Below are positions 1-9,562 of a stretch of DNA of 48,963 nt, piece after piece. Positions within the stretch are counted from its first letter, which is position 1. Each line of letters begins with the position of its first letter. The stretch comes from a virus. Taxonomy: Duplodnaviria > Caudoviricetes. The notes beneath the pieces were generated by a model. It ran no database searches and was not told where the DNA came from. It was given only the letters and a program-made list of their open reading frames with translations. The stretch covers positions 1 through 48,963 of the IMG/VR virus record IMGVR_UViG_3300037467_000240; one strand, written 5' to 3'. The translations under genes and the position numbers were made by a program.

Positions 1-608
1 ACGCCGTAGCCGGTCAGGTGGTTGATGTCCCAGGCGATCATCGAGCGGATGCTGACGCCGGTCCAGGGCTTGCCGTTGCGGGCAGCCTTGAGGGTGTCAT
101 ACATCTCAGCGAAGGTGGCGCCTTGAGGACGGGCCAGCAGGTCCACCAGGGCGGCCTGAGCAGTGCCCTCCTTGCGGGGGAACACGCGGGTCTTGGCCTT
201 CAGGTCGGTGAGCCGCACGACCTTGCGCAGCACCGGCATCTGGCTGTCCTTCTCCTTGTCATCGCTGGCGATGGGGAGCGACGGACCAACCGGCGGGGTC
301 GGCGTCTGGTCCTTGGCGGCGGCCTTCGCCGCAGCAGCTTCCGCCTTCAGCCGATCCTTCTCGACCTTGGCGGCTTCCTTGGCCACATCCTTCTCGGCCT
401 TGGTCGGGCCGCTAGCCGGAGCCGACGCCGCCTCGGTGAACGGAGCGGGGCGCTTCTCGGGCGCAACCATGCTCAGTACCTTGCGGGTCCGGTCCTCGGC
501 GGTCTTGCGGTCGGCGAACTTGGTCACCGGCTTGTGGCCGAGCGCGTCAGCCAGGCCGTTGTAGGTATCGACCAGCACGTTGGTCGGGATGTCGTTGAAA
601 TTGATCAT
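1..608 (-). CDS. DUF3489-like putative DNA-binding protein, 3' end truncated by the window
   Basis: Not in the ORF track. Hand translation from ATG at 608 (SD GAGG, promoter at 669-696) gives MINFNDIPTN..., an Ala/Lys-rich linker, then RKEGTAQAALVDLLARPQGATFAEM, which resembles DUF3489. The frame stays open to position 1. Confidence 0.65.
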   Translation of the reverse strand, partial: MINFNDIPTNVLVDTYNGLADALGHKPVTKFADRKTAEDRTRKVLSMVAPEKRPAPFTEAASAPASGPTKAEKDVAKEAAKVEKDRLKAEAAAAKAAAKDQTPTPPVGPSLPIASDDKEKDSQMPVLRKVVRLTDLKAKTRVFPRKEGTAQAALVDLLARPQGATFAEMYDTLKAARNGKPWTGVSIRSMIAWDINHLTGYG

Positions 609-668
609 GCGATTGTCCTCGGCTTCTTGATTCAGGGAGGGGTTAGGACCGCCTCAACGAGAACCATT

Positions 669-696
669 TGTAGTGCCACTCCGGGGATAGGTCAAG
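669..696 (-). promoter_or_regulatory. sigma70-type promoter containing the TGACCTATCCCC box
   Basis: Minus strand reads cTTGACctatccccggagtggcACTACA. The same 14-mer occurs at 44951 and 45402. Confidence 0.7.
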
Positions 697-722
697 AGCC
701 TTTCGGAGTAATTCTTGTCGCC

Positions 723-923
723 TCAGATCAGGTCCTTGACCTCGCACAGCCAAGCCGGAACTTCCAGCTTGATCTTGGTGCCCTCCAACGGCTCATCCGG
801 GACTTCGATTTTGCTGAGGGGGAGGTTCACCCTCACGTTGTGGTGGTTCATCACCCACCAGTTCAGCGCGTCGGCACGCATGAAGCGCACCTCCACTTCC
901 ACGAGTTCGTCACGTTTGGACAT
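723..923 (-). CDS. hypothetical protein (66 aa)
   Basis: ATG with GGAGG SD, directly downstream of the RNR gene. Confidence 0.7.
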   Translation of the reverse strand: MSKRDELVEVEVRFMRADALNWWVMNHHNVRVNLPLSKIEVPDEPLEGTKIKLEVPAWLCEVKDLI

Positions 924-932
924 GCTGTCCTC

Positions 933-2903
933 CTAGCGGATGGGGCAGACGCCGCTGGCGCATTCGTCGGCCAGCTCGTCCAGGTCCAGAGCCCCACCGA
1001 GCTTGGCGCTCCAGTCGATGGGCTGGAGCCCGGCGGTGTAGGCCTTGAATGTCTTTTCGTCCACGACTTCCTGCGGCAGGTAGGCTGCGCCGAAGTCCTT
1101 GGCCGTCTTGGTGGGGTCCGTGCGGAACGCCCACGACACACCAACGTAGCTGTCCCAATGCTGTAGCATCCAGTCGATGATGCCGGGGACCTCATCAGCG
1201 TCGTAGCTGATCGTGATGGAGCAGTTCTGATCAACGAAGTTGTCCATCAGCAGCCGGTAGCGCTCCAGCTGGCTGATCGCAGGCTCAAGGTTCACCGGCG
1301 TGCCGTGGAAGTCCTCGAACACCACCCCGGCGCTCTCCACCGGGAACTTGATCAGCACCTGCGTCTCTTGCGTCGGGTGCGGTCGCACCTCATAGCCGGC
1401 AGCCTTGAGGACATCCACCAGAGGGTCCATGCGGCCGTACACGATGGAGTTGAACACATACCGACCCAGCGGCTTGTGGGCTCCCTCGGTCGTGTCCATC
1501 ACCTTGCTCAGCGTGCCGGACGGCTTGACGCAGGTGACGTTCTTGGGGCGCGGGGTGCCCAGATCGTCTGCCATGCTCCAGGCCCCCATAGTGGCCGCGA
1601 TCCGCAGCTGCTTCAGGTCGTGTGCACCGAGGTCAGGGCGCATAGCCCAGCCAGTCCCGGACACACCGCAGAGGTGGAGGAATTCATTGTTCTCGTGCCA
1701 GGCCCGCTGCAGGATGCCGTCATCCAGGTTCACGAGTGTCTGGCGGTAGTTGGCGCGGCCGATCAGGTAGAATGTCCGACTGAGTGCTGCCAGGTGTTGG
1801 TGGGCTTCGTGGGCCGTGTTCACTTCGGCCAGGTTGCAGAAGCCCTTGTCAGCCAGGAGGATTTCGACGCAGGGGTTGGCCGTGTCGAACCAAGGAGCGC
1901 GCCGACGCGCGGCGGCGGCGTTGATGAACCCTGGCTCGTTGCCGCCGGAGGCCACGATCAGGTCGAAGATGGAGGTGAGTTGTTCCCTGGTGGGCTTCTC
2001 CCAGAACAACAGGGAGTTGTTGGACTGCTGGCGCTGGAAGCGCGTCGGGTCGCTGTAGCAGTTCGTCTTGAACTTGATGAAGTCGCCCACCTCATCATCG
2101 TCCGCGTCCATCAGGAGGATTTCCGCGCCGCGTCGGCCAGTCTGGATCACCCCCATGTGGTTGATGATGTCCATGATGTCCACCTTGCGGAGCAGCTGTC
2201 CGGCCCGGCGGCTCATGATGGCGGCGATCTTGGGAAGCTCCTCACTGATCACCGTGTCACCGGAGGAACGCCAGCCGTACCGGCTGAGCATGCTGCCCTC
2301 CGGTCGCAGCTGGCTGAAGTCCAGCACCAGCTTGACAGCTGGGTATTTGCCAGCGAGCAGCTTGCCGATGGTCTTGGCCCAGGCCTCGCCGCTGTCCCCC
2401 ACCTGGATCGTCCAGACCTTGGTCTCTGGGTCCCAGGTCTCGGTGTTGGTCTCCTTGCCGCCCTTTTCAGTGCGCTTGGAGCGGATGATCTCGATGTCTT
2501 GGATCGGCCTCATGAAGCCGTTGAGACAACCGGTCTGAGGCTTCGCCCCGACGCCGCAGCCGTTGAGCAGCAGCCACATCATGTCAACCATGTCGTACAC
2601 GGTCTTGGCGACCGCACCCGAGCAATTGAACATGCTGCACTCTCGGGTGTAGGCAATCTCGGTGCCACCCAGCCACATCGTGCGGCCTGCCGGTGCTGCT
2701 CGCCGGTCTGCAAACATAGCCTGGAGCTCATCCAGCTCTTGATCCTCGACAGTATTCAACACTCGTCCAAGCTGTCGTTCCCATAACCAACGCTGATGAC
2801 GAATGACCCTTGAGATAGTTTGCTCGTAAGTCTCATGTCCGTCGCCCAGCGGACGGGAATACGTGCGCATGAACACCGCCGCTGCGCGAGCTGACATAAG
2901 CAT
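933..2903 (-). CDS. nrdJ: class II (adenosylcobalamin-dependent) ribonucleotide reductase
   Basis: FNCS, NPCVEI catalytic loop, VKPSGTLS and C-terminal CASGVCPIR redox pair. No class I beta subunit gene nearby. Confidence 0.92.
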   Translation of the reverse strand: MLMSARAAAVFMRTYSRPLGDGHETYEQTISRVIRHQRWLWERQLGRVLNTVEDQELDELQAMFADRRAAPAGRTMWLGGTEIAYTRECSMFNCSGAVAKTVYDMVDMMWLLLNGCGVGAKPQTGCLNGFMRPIQDIEIIRSKRTEKGGKETNTETWDPETKVWTIQVGDSGEAWAKTIGKLLAGKYPAVKLVLDFSQLRPEGSMLSRYGWRSSGDTVISEELPKIAAIMSRRAGQLLRKVDIMDIINHMGVIQTGRRGAEILLMDADDDEVGDFIKFKTNCYSDPTRFQRQQSNNSLLFWEKPTREQLTSIFDLIVASGGNEPGFINAAAARRRAPWFDTANPCVEILLADKGFCNLAEVNTAHEAHQHLAALSRTFYLIGRANYRQTLVNLDDGILQRAWHENNEFLHLCGVSGTGWAMRPDLGAHDLKQLRIAATMGAWSMADDLGTPRPKNVTCVKPSGTLSKVMDTTEGAHKPLGRYVFNSIVYGRMDPLVDVLKAAGYEVRPHPTQETQVLIKFPVESAGVVFEDFHGTPVNLEPAISQLERYRLLMDNFVDQNCSITISYDADEVPGIIDWMLQHWDSYVGVSWAFRTDPTKTAKDFGAAYLPQEVVDEKTFKAYTAGLQPIDWSAKLGGALDLDELADECASGVCPIR

Positions 2904-2905
2904 GA

Positions 2906-3352
2906 CTACTTAACCTTTGTCTGATATCGACCGTTCAGCCAACCATCTTTACAAGATTGACGCTGCTTGGCCTTAGTTTGCGGTGAGGTGATATGCTTCA
3001 GCACCTCCTGACGCCGCTCAGGATCGGCCCACCGACGCTTTGCTGCTTCAGACATGCGCTGTTTGATCTCTGCAGTAAAGCCAACGTGCTTTCCTCCAGA
3101 GGCCATGTTGTAACCACCTGGCTCGATAGTTTGGAAGCGCTCTATCAACAACGCCTCCATCTCATAGCAGTATGACTCAGGACCTTCCAGCAACCTCTTA
3201 AGCGTCATGTTCATGGCGCCGTGCTTGCGTATGGCTCGGCCAATCAACCAATTCGACCTAGCATGTTCCTTGAAGCGGCCTTCGGGATCGATAGACACGC
3301 CTATGTACTGCTGACCGTTGGGGGCCGTTATGCAGTACACAAACGCCATCAT
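2906..3352 (-). CDS. free-standing GIY-YIG homing endonuclease with NUMOD3-like DNA-binding tail
   Basis: FVYCIT...QYIGVS...RFKEH, GYNMASGG, TAEIKQRMSEAAK; lower GC than the neighbouring genes. Confidence 0.85.
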   Translation of the reverse strand: MMAFVYCITAPNGQQYIGVSIDPEGRFKEHARSNWLIGRAIRKHGAMNMTLKRLLEGPESYCYEMEALLIERFQTIEPGGYNMASGGKHVGFTAEIKQRMSEAAKRRWADPERRQEVLKHITSPQTKAKQRQSCKDGWLNGRYQTKVK

Positions 3353-3546
3353 GGTTCCTTACGCTTAAGACGGGCAGAGGCCTCGCGACACAGTTCAGCG
3401 GCGCGGGCGTAGTTCGTAGCCGCGAGGTCGAGCGCGGCGATAGATGCACGACGTTGAATCACCATCCTGAGCAAAGGTTGCTCAGCGCTCAGCGCCAGCT
3501 TGCGGGCCTGATCAACAATCGCACCCAGGTCAGACGGCTCACTCAC
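3349..3546 (-). CDS. hypothetical protein
   Basis: Likely GTG start at 3546 overlapping the upstream stop; its stop overlaps the GIY-YIG start (ATGA). Confidence 0.55.
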   Translation of the reverse strand: MSEPSDLGAIVDQARKLALSAEQPLLRMVIQRRASIAALDLAATNYARAAELCREASARLKRKEP

Positions 3547-3724
3547 ACCCCACGTCCTTGTAGTGGATGCCCTGCCTGATCTTGTAGATCGTGCTCTCAC
3601 CGCACTGGAAGTGGTAGGCCCAGCTCTGGGCTGTGCCGCTCGCACGGATCATGCGCACCTCCTCAGGCGTGAACGTGCGTTTGCCGCCGCTCACTGGCTT
3701 CCGGGGTGTGAGCTTGTGGTTCAC
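3539..3724 (-). CDS. small HTH-like DNA-binding protein
   Basis: FTPEEVRMIRAS...WAYHFQCGESTIYKIRQG resembles the HTH tail of HNH/NUMOD endonucleases. Confidence 0.6.
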   Translation of the reverse strand: MNHKLTPRKPVSGGKRTFTPEEVRMIRASGTAQSWAYHFQCGESTIYKIRQGIHYKDVGCE

Positions 3725-4929
3725 CGCTGAACAACCGTCAGTCTTTCAGCCGCTCTTGTTATACCTGTATACAGCCACTTGGCGTGGTTCTCCGCACGCG
3801 GCCAATCATCGAACAGCAGGACCTCATCCCACTGCGAGCCCTGCGACTTGTGGACGGTGAGACACTCGCCGAAGGTGAACTGGTTGTTGTTCGAGAACTG
3901 CGGCTTGGTGGTCTCGTCCAGGAAAATGGTCGCGTCACAGGGGATGCCGATCACAGCCCCGCCGCTGTCCGGCCGGATGCGGAGGTGGACCGTCTGGTCA
4001 CCGGCCTCATAGTGGGTGTTGGCGTCCTCGTCAGCGATCCAGAGCGTGCCGTTGAGCAACCCCAGGTCGTGATTGTTCCGCAGACACACCAGCCGCTCTC
4101 CAGCCTCTGGCATTGGGCTGGTATGGCCGTCCAGCTGACGGTGACGCATGTTGATCGACATCCGCAGCTTGTTCGTGCCGCAGAGCACCATGTCGGCTTC
4201 GCGAGCCGTCTTAGCGTCCACCGAGCCCCAGCGGACCACGCGAGCTGCACCCAGATCACAGAAGCTCAGACGCCTGCCCTCCCGCACATCCGTAGCCAGA
4301 CGGATGATGGGGCTATCCTTAGCCTGGCGGTGGACTTCGGTGAGCAGGAACTCGCACTTGCCGTCCACCATGAAGCCTGCGTCACCCACCGGGTCCAGCT
4401 GACCAGGGTCGCCCAGCAGCAAGACCTTCACGCCGAAGCTCAGCAAGTCCTCACCCATGCGGACCCCGACCATGGACCGTTCGTCCACGATCACCACCTG
4501 GTAGCTCTGGATGGCCGAGCCTTCCGCCAGCACGAAGGTTGGCCGCCCGGCTTGGGCTTCCGCCTCACGCAGCGAGCGGCGCACCGCGTCCATCCGGGCC
4601 AGCAGACCCTTGGAGGGCGTGCGAACCCGCTCCAGCATCTCCAGCTCGTTCTTGAGCTCAACCACCCTGGTCTTGTCGGAGCCGGTGGGCACGTAGATGA
4701 GCCGGTGGATGGTGGTGGCGTTGCCCAGACCCTTCGACGCGAGGACGCTCGCAGCCTTGCCGGTGAAGGCGCAGGCCACCGCATTGAACTCGTTGTAGAT
4801 GTCGCGGGCGAGGGTGGTCTTGCCGGTGCCGGCAAAGCCGTCCAGGCGGAACACCTGAGGGCTGGACGGATCGTTGAGCCAGACCCGAACCTTGGCCAGC
4901 GCGTGCTGTTGCTGAGGTGACCACTCCAT
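3721..4929 (-). CDS. RecD/Dda-like superfamily 1B DNA helicase
   Basis: GFAGTGKTT Walker A, TIHRL, VIVDERSM, LGDPGQL, LTEVHRQ, TVHKSQGSQW, YTGITRA. Confidence 0.92.
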   Translation of the reverse strand: MEWSPQQQHALAKVRVWLNDPSSPQVFRLDGFAGTGKTTLARDIYNEFNAVACAFTGKAASVLASKGLGNATTIHRLIYVPTGSDKTRVVELKNELEMLERVRTPSKGLLARMDAVRRSLREAEAQAGRPTFVLAEGSAIQSYQVVIVDERSMVGVRMGEDLLSFGVKVLLLGDPGQLDPVGDAGFMVDGKCEFLLTEVHRQAKDSPIIRLATDVREGRRLSFCDLGAARVVRWGSVDAKTAREADMVLCGTNKLRMSINMRHRQLDGHTSPMPEAGERLVCLRNNHDLGLLNGTLWIADEDANTHYEAGDQTVHLRIRPDSGGAVIGIPCDATIFLDETTKPQFSNNNQFTFGECLTVHKSQGSQWDEVLLFDDWPRAENHAKWLYTGITRAAERLTVVQR

Positions 4930-4932
4930 GGC

Positions 4933-5208
4933 TCAGACCTTCAGCCCCGGACGCATCAGCGTCGCTTCGACGTGGGGAGGGCCGTCAATCTGGCGGACCA
5001 GGAGCGCGCACCGCATGCCCCAGCAGGTCACGCCTTCCAGGCTCCTGGGCTCAGTCACCCACGACCGAGACAGGACCACGTAGGCCCGTCCCTCGTGCGA
5101 GAGGTTGTCGCCCTTGATCGGAGCTTCCGGGAGGTCCACCGACAGGACCTTGGGCGGGTCCTCATCATCGGGACCACGCATCAACAGCAGCTCAACCTTC
5201 ACGCTCAT
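4933..5208 (-). CDS. hypothetical protein
   Basis: ATG at 5208 preceded by GAGGAG; the longer ORF-track start runs through an intergenic hairpin. Confidence 0.6.
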   Translation of the reverse strand: MSVKVELLLMRGPDDEDPPKVLSVDLPEAPIKGDNLSHEGRAYVVLSRSWVTEPRSLEGVTCWGMRCALLVRQIDGPPHVEATLMRPGLKV

Positions 5209-5323
5209 CTCCTCAGCTTCTACGGCCTCAGGCTCCCCACCTGCAGATGGGGAGCCCTTTTGTCGCCGTCCTCCTGAGGGGGTCAAATCCCTCACCCGTC
5301 AGGCGTAGGTCGTGGTTGACGCC

Positions 5324-6232
5324 CTAGTAAGGCGCGTCAGCCGCGTTGACGTCACCCTTCTGCGGCGCGGCGTCGCCGGTCTCTTCACGGGTCAGGCTGG
5401 AGGTGTCGGCCTTGGTGCGGCCGGTGCTCACGCCTTCATGGACCGACTTGGCCAGCTCGTACAGAGCCGAACCAGCCGGGACGCGGCTGTCCACAGCGTC
5501 CTTGCCGGCGAAGCCGACGCTGATGCCGTACCACTTGAAGCCGTTCTTCTCGGTCCAGACGGTGCGGATGCTGTAGGCGAACGCCCAGAGCGGCATCTGC
5601 TTGGCGGTGATCTTGGCACCAGTCTTGGGGTTGGTGAGGACGATGGAGCGAGCCCTGAACATCCAGTCCTTGTAGGGCTTGATGTGCGTGGACTGGAAGC
5701 CCATGACCGCCGGCACGCCGTTGCCGTCACGGTCCACGGCGACGCCGTACACGGTGAAGGTCTCGATGAGGTCGTTCTTGTTGTCTGGGTGCACGTACTT
5801 GCCCAGGGGCTGGGACTCCCGGACCTGCTTGATCAGATCGCTGTCGATGGCGTGCATGCCGACCAGGCCGCCGCCGTTGTCCCGAGGAATGAACTCCAGG
5901 AACGTGTGTTCCGTGTAGGACGGGATGAACGTCATGCCGGTCTTGGCGTCGCCGTACACATCATCGGTGGTGTTGTTGATGATCTGACCGGCCTTGACAG
6001 TCGCGTCGGGCTGCTGGACCTTGGGCGAGCCCGGCTGCAGCACGATGAAGAACGGAACGCTGACGTCCTCGGCGGTCTGGTTCTCAGTGCCCAGCCCGGC
6101 GTCGTTGCCGTAGTCCCATTCATCGGTCACGGCCAGGGCCGTGCCGGGGGCACCAGCGACCAGATCGGTGCCGGGCGTTTCTTCGATCACTTCGCCGGTG
6201 GACTGGTCCACCTTCTCTTTGGCCGCAGCCAT
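5324..6232 (-). CDS. conserved phage protein, putative ssDNA-binding/annealing protein
   Basis: DAGLGTENQTAEDVSVPFFIVLQPGSPKV pattern, acidic C-terminal tail (DADAPY-like) and location in the replication cluster. Function is inferred. Confidence 0.55.
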   Translation of the reverse strand: MAAAKEKVDQSTGEVIEETPGTDLVAGAPGTALAVTDEWDYGNDAGLGTENQTAEDVSVPFFIVLQPGSPKVQQPDATVKAGQIINNTTDDVYGDAKTGMTFIPSYTEHTFLEFIPRDNGGGLVGMHAIDSDLIKQVRESQPLGKYVHPDNKNDLIETFTVYGVAVDRDGNGVPAVMGFQSTHIKPYKDWMFRARSIVLTNPKTGAKITAKQMPLWAFAYSIRTVWTEKNGFKWYGISVGFAGKDAVDSRVPAGSALYELAKSVHEGVSTGRTKADTSSLTREETGDAAPQKGDVNAADAPY

Positions 6233-6294
6233 GCTTGTATTCCTTTAGTTGAATTGAGGTGGTCTCTTTACCGTGCACCAGCTCTTGGCACGTC

Positions 6295-6909
6295 TCAGCT
6301 GCCAGACGGTTTCCCGACCATGACACCTTTGATCTTGACGGTCTTGCGGACGTAAGCCCCCAGGAGTGCCATGGGGACTTCCTTGCCCTCCTTGATCATC
6401 TCCCGCAGAGCCGCCGCAAGGCTCATGGCGTGGACGGACTGCGTGTCGGTGGGCGTGAACCCAGCCTCCAGGATCAGGTCCAGGACCTCAGCCGCCTTCT
6501 GGTTCTCACCAGCGTCGAAGCCCAGCTCAATCTTGCGCTTGATGATGGCGCTCTGGTGGTTCGCCGTCAACCACATGATGGCCTGCGGCAGGTTGGCCTT
6601 CGGAATGGACGCATACAGCGTCTCGTCCAGTTCGATCTGGTCGCCGTCCGACGTCTTGAGCTTATCCTGCTCAGCCTCGGACATGGCCTCCGGCAGCAGG
6701 AACTCCACCAGGTTGCGGTAGGCGTCCTGCTTGGTCTTCAGCTCCTCCAGAGCCCTGTTGACCTCGATGGCCGCCTGCTTCGCTTCCCGCGTCAGCCGGG
6801 TGATCTTGTTGAGGATGTTCTCAGACTCAGCCGGAGCCTGTTGGGCGTCTGCCTCATAGGCGGCGAAGTCATCCTCAGCCTCGCCGCCAATGCCTGGAAT
6901 GGCCGACAT
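6295..6909 (-). CDS. conserved phage replication-cluster protein
   Basis: LLPEAM...LKTSDG...ASIPK...WL...SVHAMSL pattern typical of a widespread phage family found next to helicases. Confidence 0.6.
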   Translation of the reverse strand: MSAIPGIGGEAEDDFAAYEADAQQAPAESENILNKITRLTREAKQAAIEVNRALEELKTKQDAYRNLVEFLLPEAMSEAEQDKLKTSDGDQIELDETLYASIPKANLPQAIMWLTANHQSAIIKRKIELGFDAGENQKAAEVLDLILEAGFTPTDTQSVHAMSLAAALREMIKEGKEVPMALLGAYVRKTVKIKGVMVGKPSGS

Positions 6910-6910
6910 G

Positions 6911-7306
6911 TTAGCGAGCCGCCCGGAAGCGGCGCTTGGCCTTGCTGTCGGGGGTCCGGTTGGCCTTGGAGAAGGCGTGCTCAGCCGGGGTCATGCCATA
7001 ATCCTCATGGCCACGGCCGATGTTGGCGAACACCAACGGGCGACCGGACAGCTTCAGCTGTTGGCGTGCCTTCAGCAGTCCGCCGCGCTCGTAGTAGCTG
7101 CCGTTGTTGCCGACGACGTGTTCCACCTTGACGCTCCCCATGTAGAGTTTGTGGCCCTTGTACTTGCGGAACGTCTTGGACGGCTGGCGATGCTTCGGCA
7201 CCGGGCGCGGGTTGGTACGCCGCATGAGGATGGAAGCCTCACGCTGGCTGACGCCCATCTTGTCAAGCACGCTCAGCGACGGACGGTTGCGGTTCAGACT
7301 TCCCAT
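6911..7306 (-). CDS. basic hypothetical protein
   Basis: Fills the gap, very Arg/Lys rich, SD GAGG. Confidence 0.6.
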   Translation of the reverse strand: MGSLNRNRPSLSVLDKMGVSQREASILMRRTNPRPVPKHRQPSKTFRKYKGHKLYMGSVKVEHVVGNNGSYYERGGLLKARQQLKLSGRPLVFANIGRGHEDYGMTPAEHAFSKANRTPDSKAKRRFRAAR

Positions 7307-7354
7307 GGTAGGCTCGCCTCAGTTTCTCTGCACAGTGTTAAGGGAAGCCGCAGC

Positions 7355-7732
7355 CTATCCCCGGCCGGTGAGACCAGCGAGCCCTGGCAGTTGTACCTCA
7401 ACCGGCCGATACTGTCTGTCCGACCGGCTCCACTGGAGCACCCGCAAGGAGCCCACCTGACTCGCGGCCACAGCTGACACGACGGCGATCAGGGCAGGGT
7501 TGCCCACCAACACCAGGAAGTCGTCACGGCAGAAGCCGCGCTGCACCAGGTAGTTGTGGACCCGGCGGGCCGTCCCGGTCAGGTCCTTGAAGGGGTTCTC
7601 AGTCTCGGTCAGGATGAAGTGCAGCTCGCCGTAATCGGCAGCTGGGGTGAGGTCCATGGTGTTGCGGACGGTCCCACTCTTGGGATCGCGACCTGTGGGT
7701 TGTTGGACCGCAAACACACGCGGCTTATTCAT
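7355..7732 (-). CDS. conserved hypothetical protein
   Basis: Overlaps the end of the helicase; DFLVLVGNPALIA...LQWSRSDRQYRPVEV. Confidence 0.65.
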   Translation of the reverse strand: MNKPRVFAVQQPTGRDPKSGTVRNTMDLTPAADYGELHFILTETENPFKDLTGTARRVHNYLVQRGFCRDDFLVLVGNPALIAVVSAVAASQVGSLRVLQWSRSDRQYRPVEVQLPGLAGLTGRG

Positions 7733-9209
7733 CTGACAGAGCCTCCATGAGCCAGGCTCTGAGCGTTTCCTGCTTGTCGCCGAGAATTGAACCGGTGACG
7801 TCCCGCTTCTCCTTTAGGTCCCGAAGGGTCTTGGCGTCAAGGGTCCTCTCGGCAAGAAGGTCGATGTATGTCACATGGTTCGCTTGTCCGATCCTGTGAT
7901 TACGATCCTCGGACTGAAGACGGTTCAACAGTTTCGGCGAATTACTATAATAGATTGTCGTGTCGGCTTCATTCAGAGTGAAGCCTTCTCGCATGTTACT
8001 ATCAATGTTCGCGATCAGTACATCAACCTTACCTTCGTGGAAGGCGTCGATGGACAGATGCGGCTTGGTGCCGTCAAAGATCGCGGTGCGCAGCTTGGCC
8101 GCCTTCGCCACCTGAGCCGCCAGCTGGCAGTCGAAGGTGTACCGTCCCCAGATGATGGCAGGCCTGTACAGGTCCTCCAGGATCGTCTGCAGCAGCCTCG
8201 CTCGCGGGTTCGGGGCGAAGGGGATGGCTGCCTGTCCAGCCTCAGGGATGATGAACCCGCAGCCGATCTGGGTCAGCTTGTTGTGAAGGTTCATAGCCAT
8301 GTCGGCTGTAATCAGCTCGCCAGACTCAAGGAACGTCATGGTTTCGGACTTGAGCTGCTCATACGCCGTGCGCTGAGAGTTGGTCAGCTCGTGGAACATC
8401 CGCTTGTAGGTCTTGGGCGGAAGGTCCAGCGCCTCATCCTTCGTCACCCGGCTGCCAATCTCCTTGAGGTTCTCCTCAAGCTGGTCCAGGTCTCTGTAGC
8501 TCTGAATCTTGGGGAATTCACGACCCTCGTTGGTCTTGATCTTGATGATGTTGGCGAAGCGGTTCTTGAAGGCTGTGAAGCCGCCCACCGAGAACGACCG
8601 CACCCACCAGTGGGCGTCCAGGAACCGCACCTGGCTGTAGATGTCGAAGGGGGTGTCCATAGGAGTGCCCGAGGCAATCCGGCGGTACTTGGCGTACACC
8701 GAGCTGGCGATCACTCGCTTGGTGCGGCTCGTGTCTGGGGTCTTGAAGCGCTGGCTCTCATCCCCAATGTACATGAACTTGCGGCTGCGGATGAAGTCCC
8801 AGGACGCCCGCTTGCCTGCGTCTGTCATCAGGGCGTCGTAGCTCATACACAGCACGGCGCAGGGTGGCGACAGGCTGAGGAACCGCTTCCAGGCGGCCTG
8901 GAAGCTCTTGTTGTTCGCCTTCTCGGTATCCCAGCAGAACGCCTCATAGGCCGGGACGTCCTTTGGCCAGTGCTTGGGAAGCTCCTCCACGTACCAGTTG
9001 CGGTGAACCCCATTGGGGGCGAGGACGAACACCGCATCAATCTCCTGCTCGACCAGGAGCATCGCGACATTGTCGATGAGGGCCTTGGTCTTGCCGGTCC
9101 CCTGCTCCCAGAACAGCGCATATGAAGCGCGGCGAGCAGCAACAGCCAGAAACTCTGCTTGGTGCTTCAGAGGTGGGAATACAGGCGTGAAGGGGATTTC
9201 TTCTGACAA
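7725..9209 (-). CDS. SNF2/DEXD-family helicase
   Basis: EQGTGKT, GDESQRFK, SGTP, EGFTLNEA, QSEDRNHRIGQ. Confidence 0.92.
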   Translation of the reverse strand: MSEEIPFTPVFPPLKHQAEFLAVAARRASYALFWEQGTGKTKALIDNVAMLLVEQEIDAVFVLAPNGVHRNWYVEELPKHWPKDVPAYEAFCWDTEKANNKSFQAAWKRFLSLSPPCAVLCMSYDALMTDAGKRASWDFIRSRKFMYIGDESQRFKTPDTSRTKRVIASSVYAKYRRIASGTPMDTPFDIYSQVRFLDAHWWVRSFSVGGFTAFKNRFANIIKIKTNEGREFPKIQSYRDLDQLEENLKEIGSRVTKDEALDLPPKTYKRMFHELTNSQRTAYEQLKSETMTFLESGELITADMAMNLHNKLTQIGCGFIIPEAGQAAIPFAPNPRARLLQTILEDLYRPAIIWGRYTFDCQLAAQVAKAAKLRTAIFDGTKPHLSIDAFHEGKVDVLIANIDSNMREGFTLNEADTTIYYSNSPKLLNRLQSEDRNHRIGQANHVTYIDLLAERTLDAKTLRDLKEKRDVTGSILGDKQETLRAWLMEALSDE

Positions 9210-9286
9210 GACGGACCTCAGTTTCTGTAGGCTGTCAGATTACCTCGACCGCGAGCCCAGACGCGAGGGCGTGGTCATTGGGTGCC

Positions 9287-9558
9287 TACTTACCTTCTTA
9301 GGTTCGTGGATCATGGATCAATTGAACATAAGAAGGAAAAGGTCGTGTGAATTCAGGGCTCTAAATACTGGTTTCTTACCTTCTTAGGATTAGGGGGTTA
9401 AAATTCCTGGACATAATCGCGGTGTCTGTCTCGGAACTGCAAATCCACCTAAGTAACCTAAGAAGGTAAGAAACGTGCCATTTATCCCTGGAGCTTCCAA
9501 CTGTTAGCCCTACTTAGGAACAATTGGTGCTCGACAGGTGAACCTAAGAAGGTAAGTA
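9287..9558. repeat. AT-rich region with four CTTACCTTCTTAGG repeats in nested inverted arrangement (origin candidate)
   Basis: Forward copies at 9289-9302 and 9375-9388; reverse copies at 9457-9470 and 9543-9556. Confidence 0.85.
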
Positions 9559-9562
9559 ATTC

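Noticed and set aside
933-2903. Intron or intein in nrdJ
   Set aside because: The ORF is continuous and of normal length, with no intein motifs; the endonuclease lies outside it.
9287-9558. Repeats as a CRISPR array or IS ends
   Set aside because: The repeats are only 14-19 bp, switch orientation, and there is no cas gene or transposase nearby.
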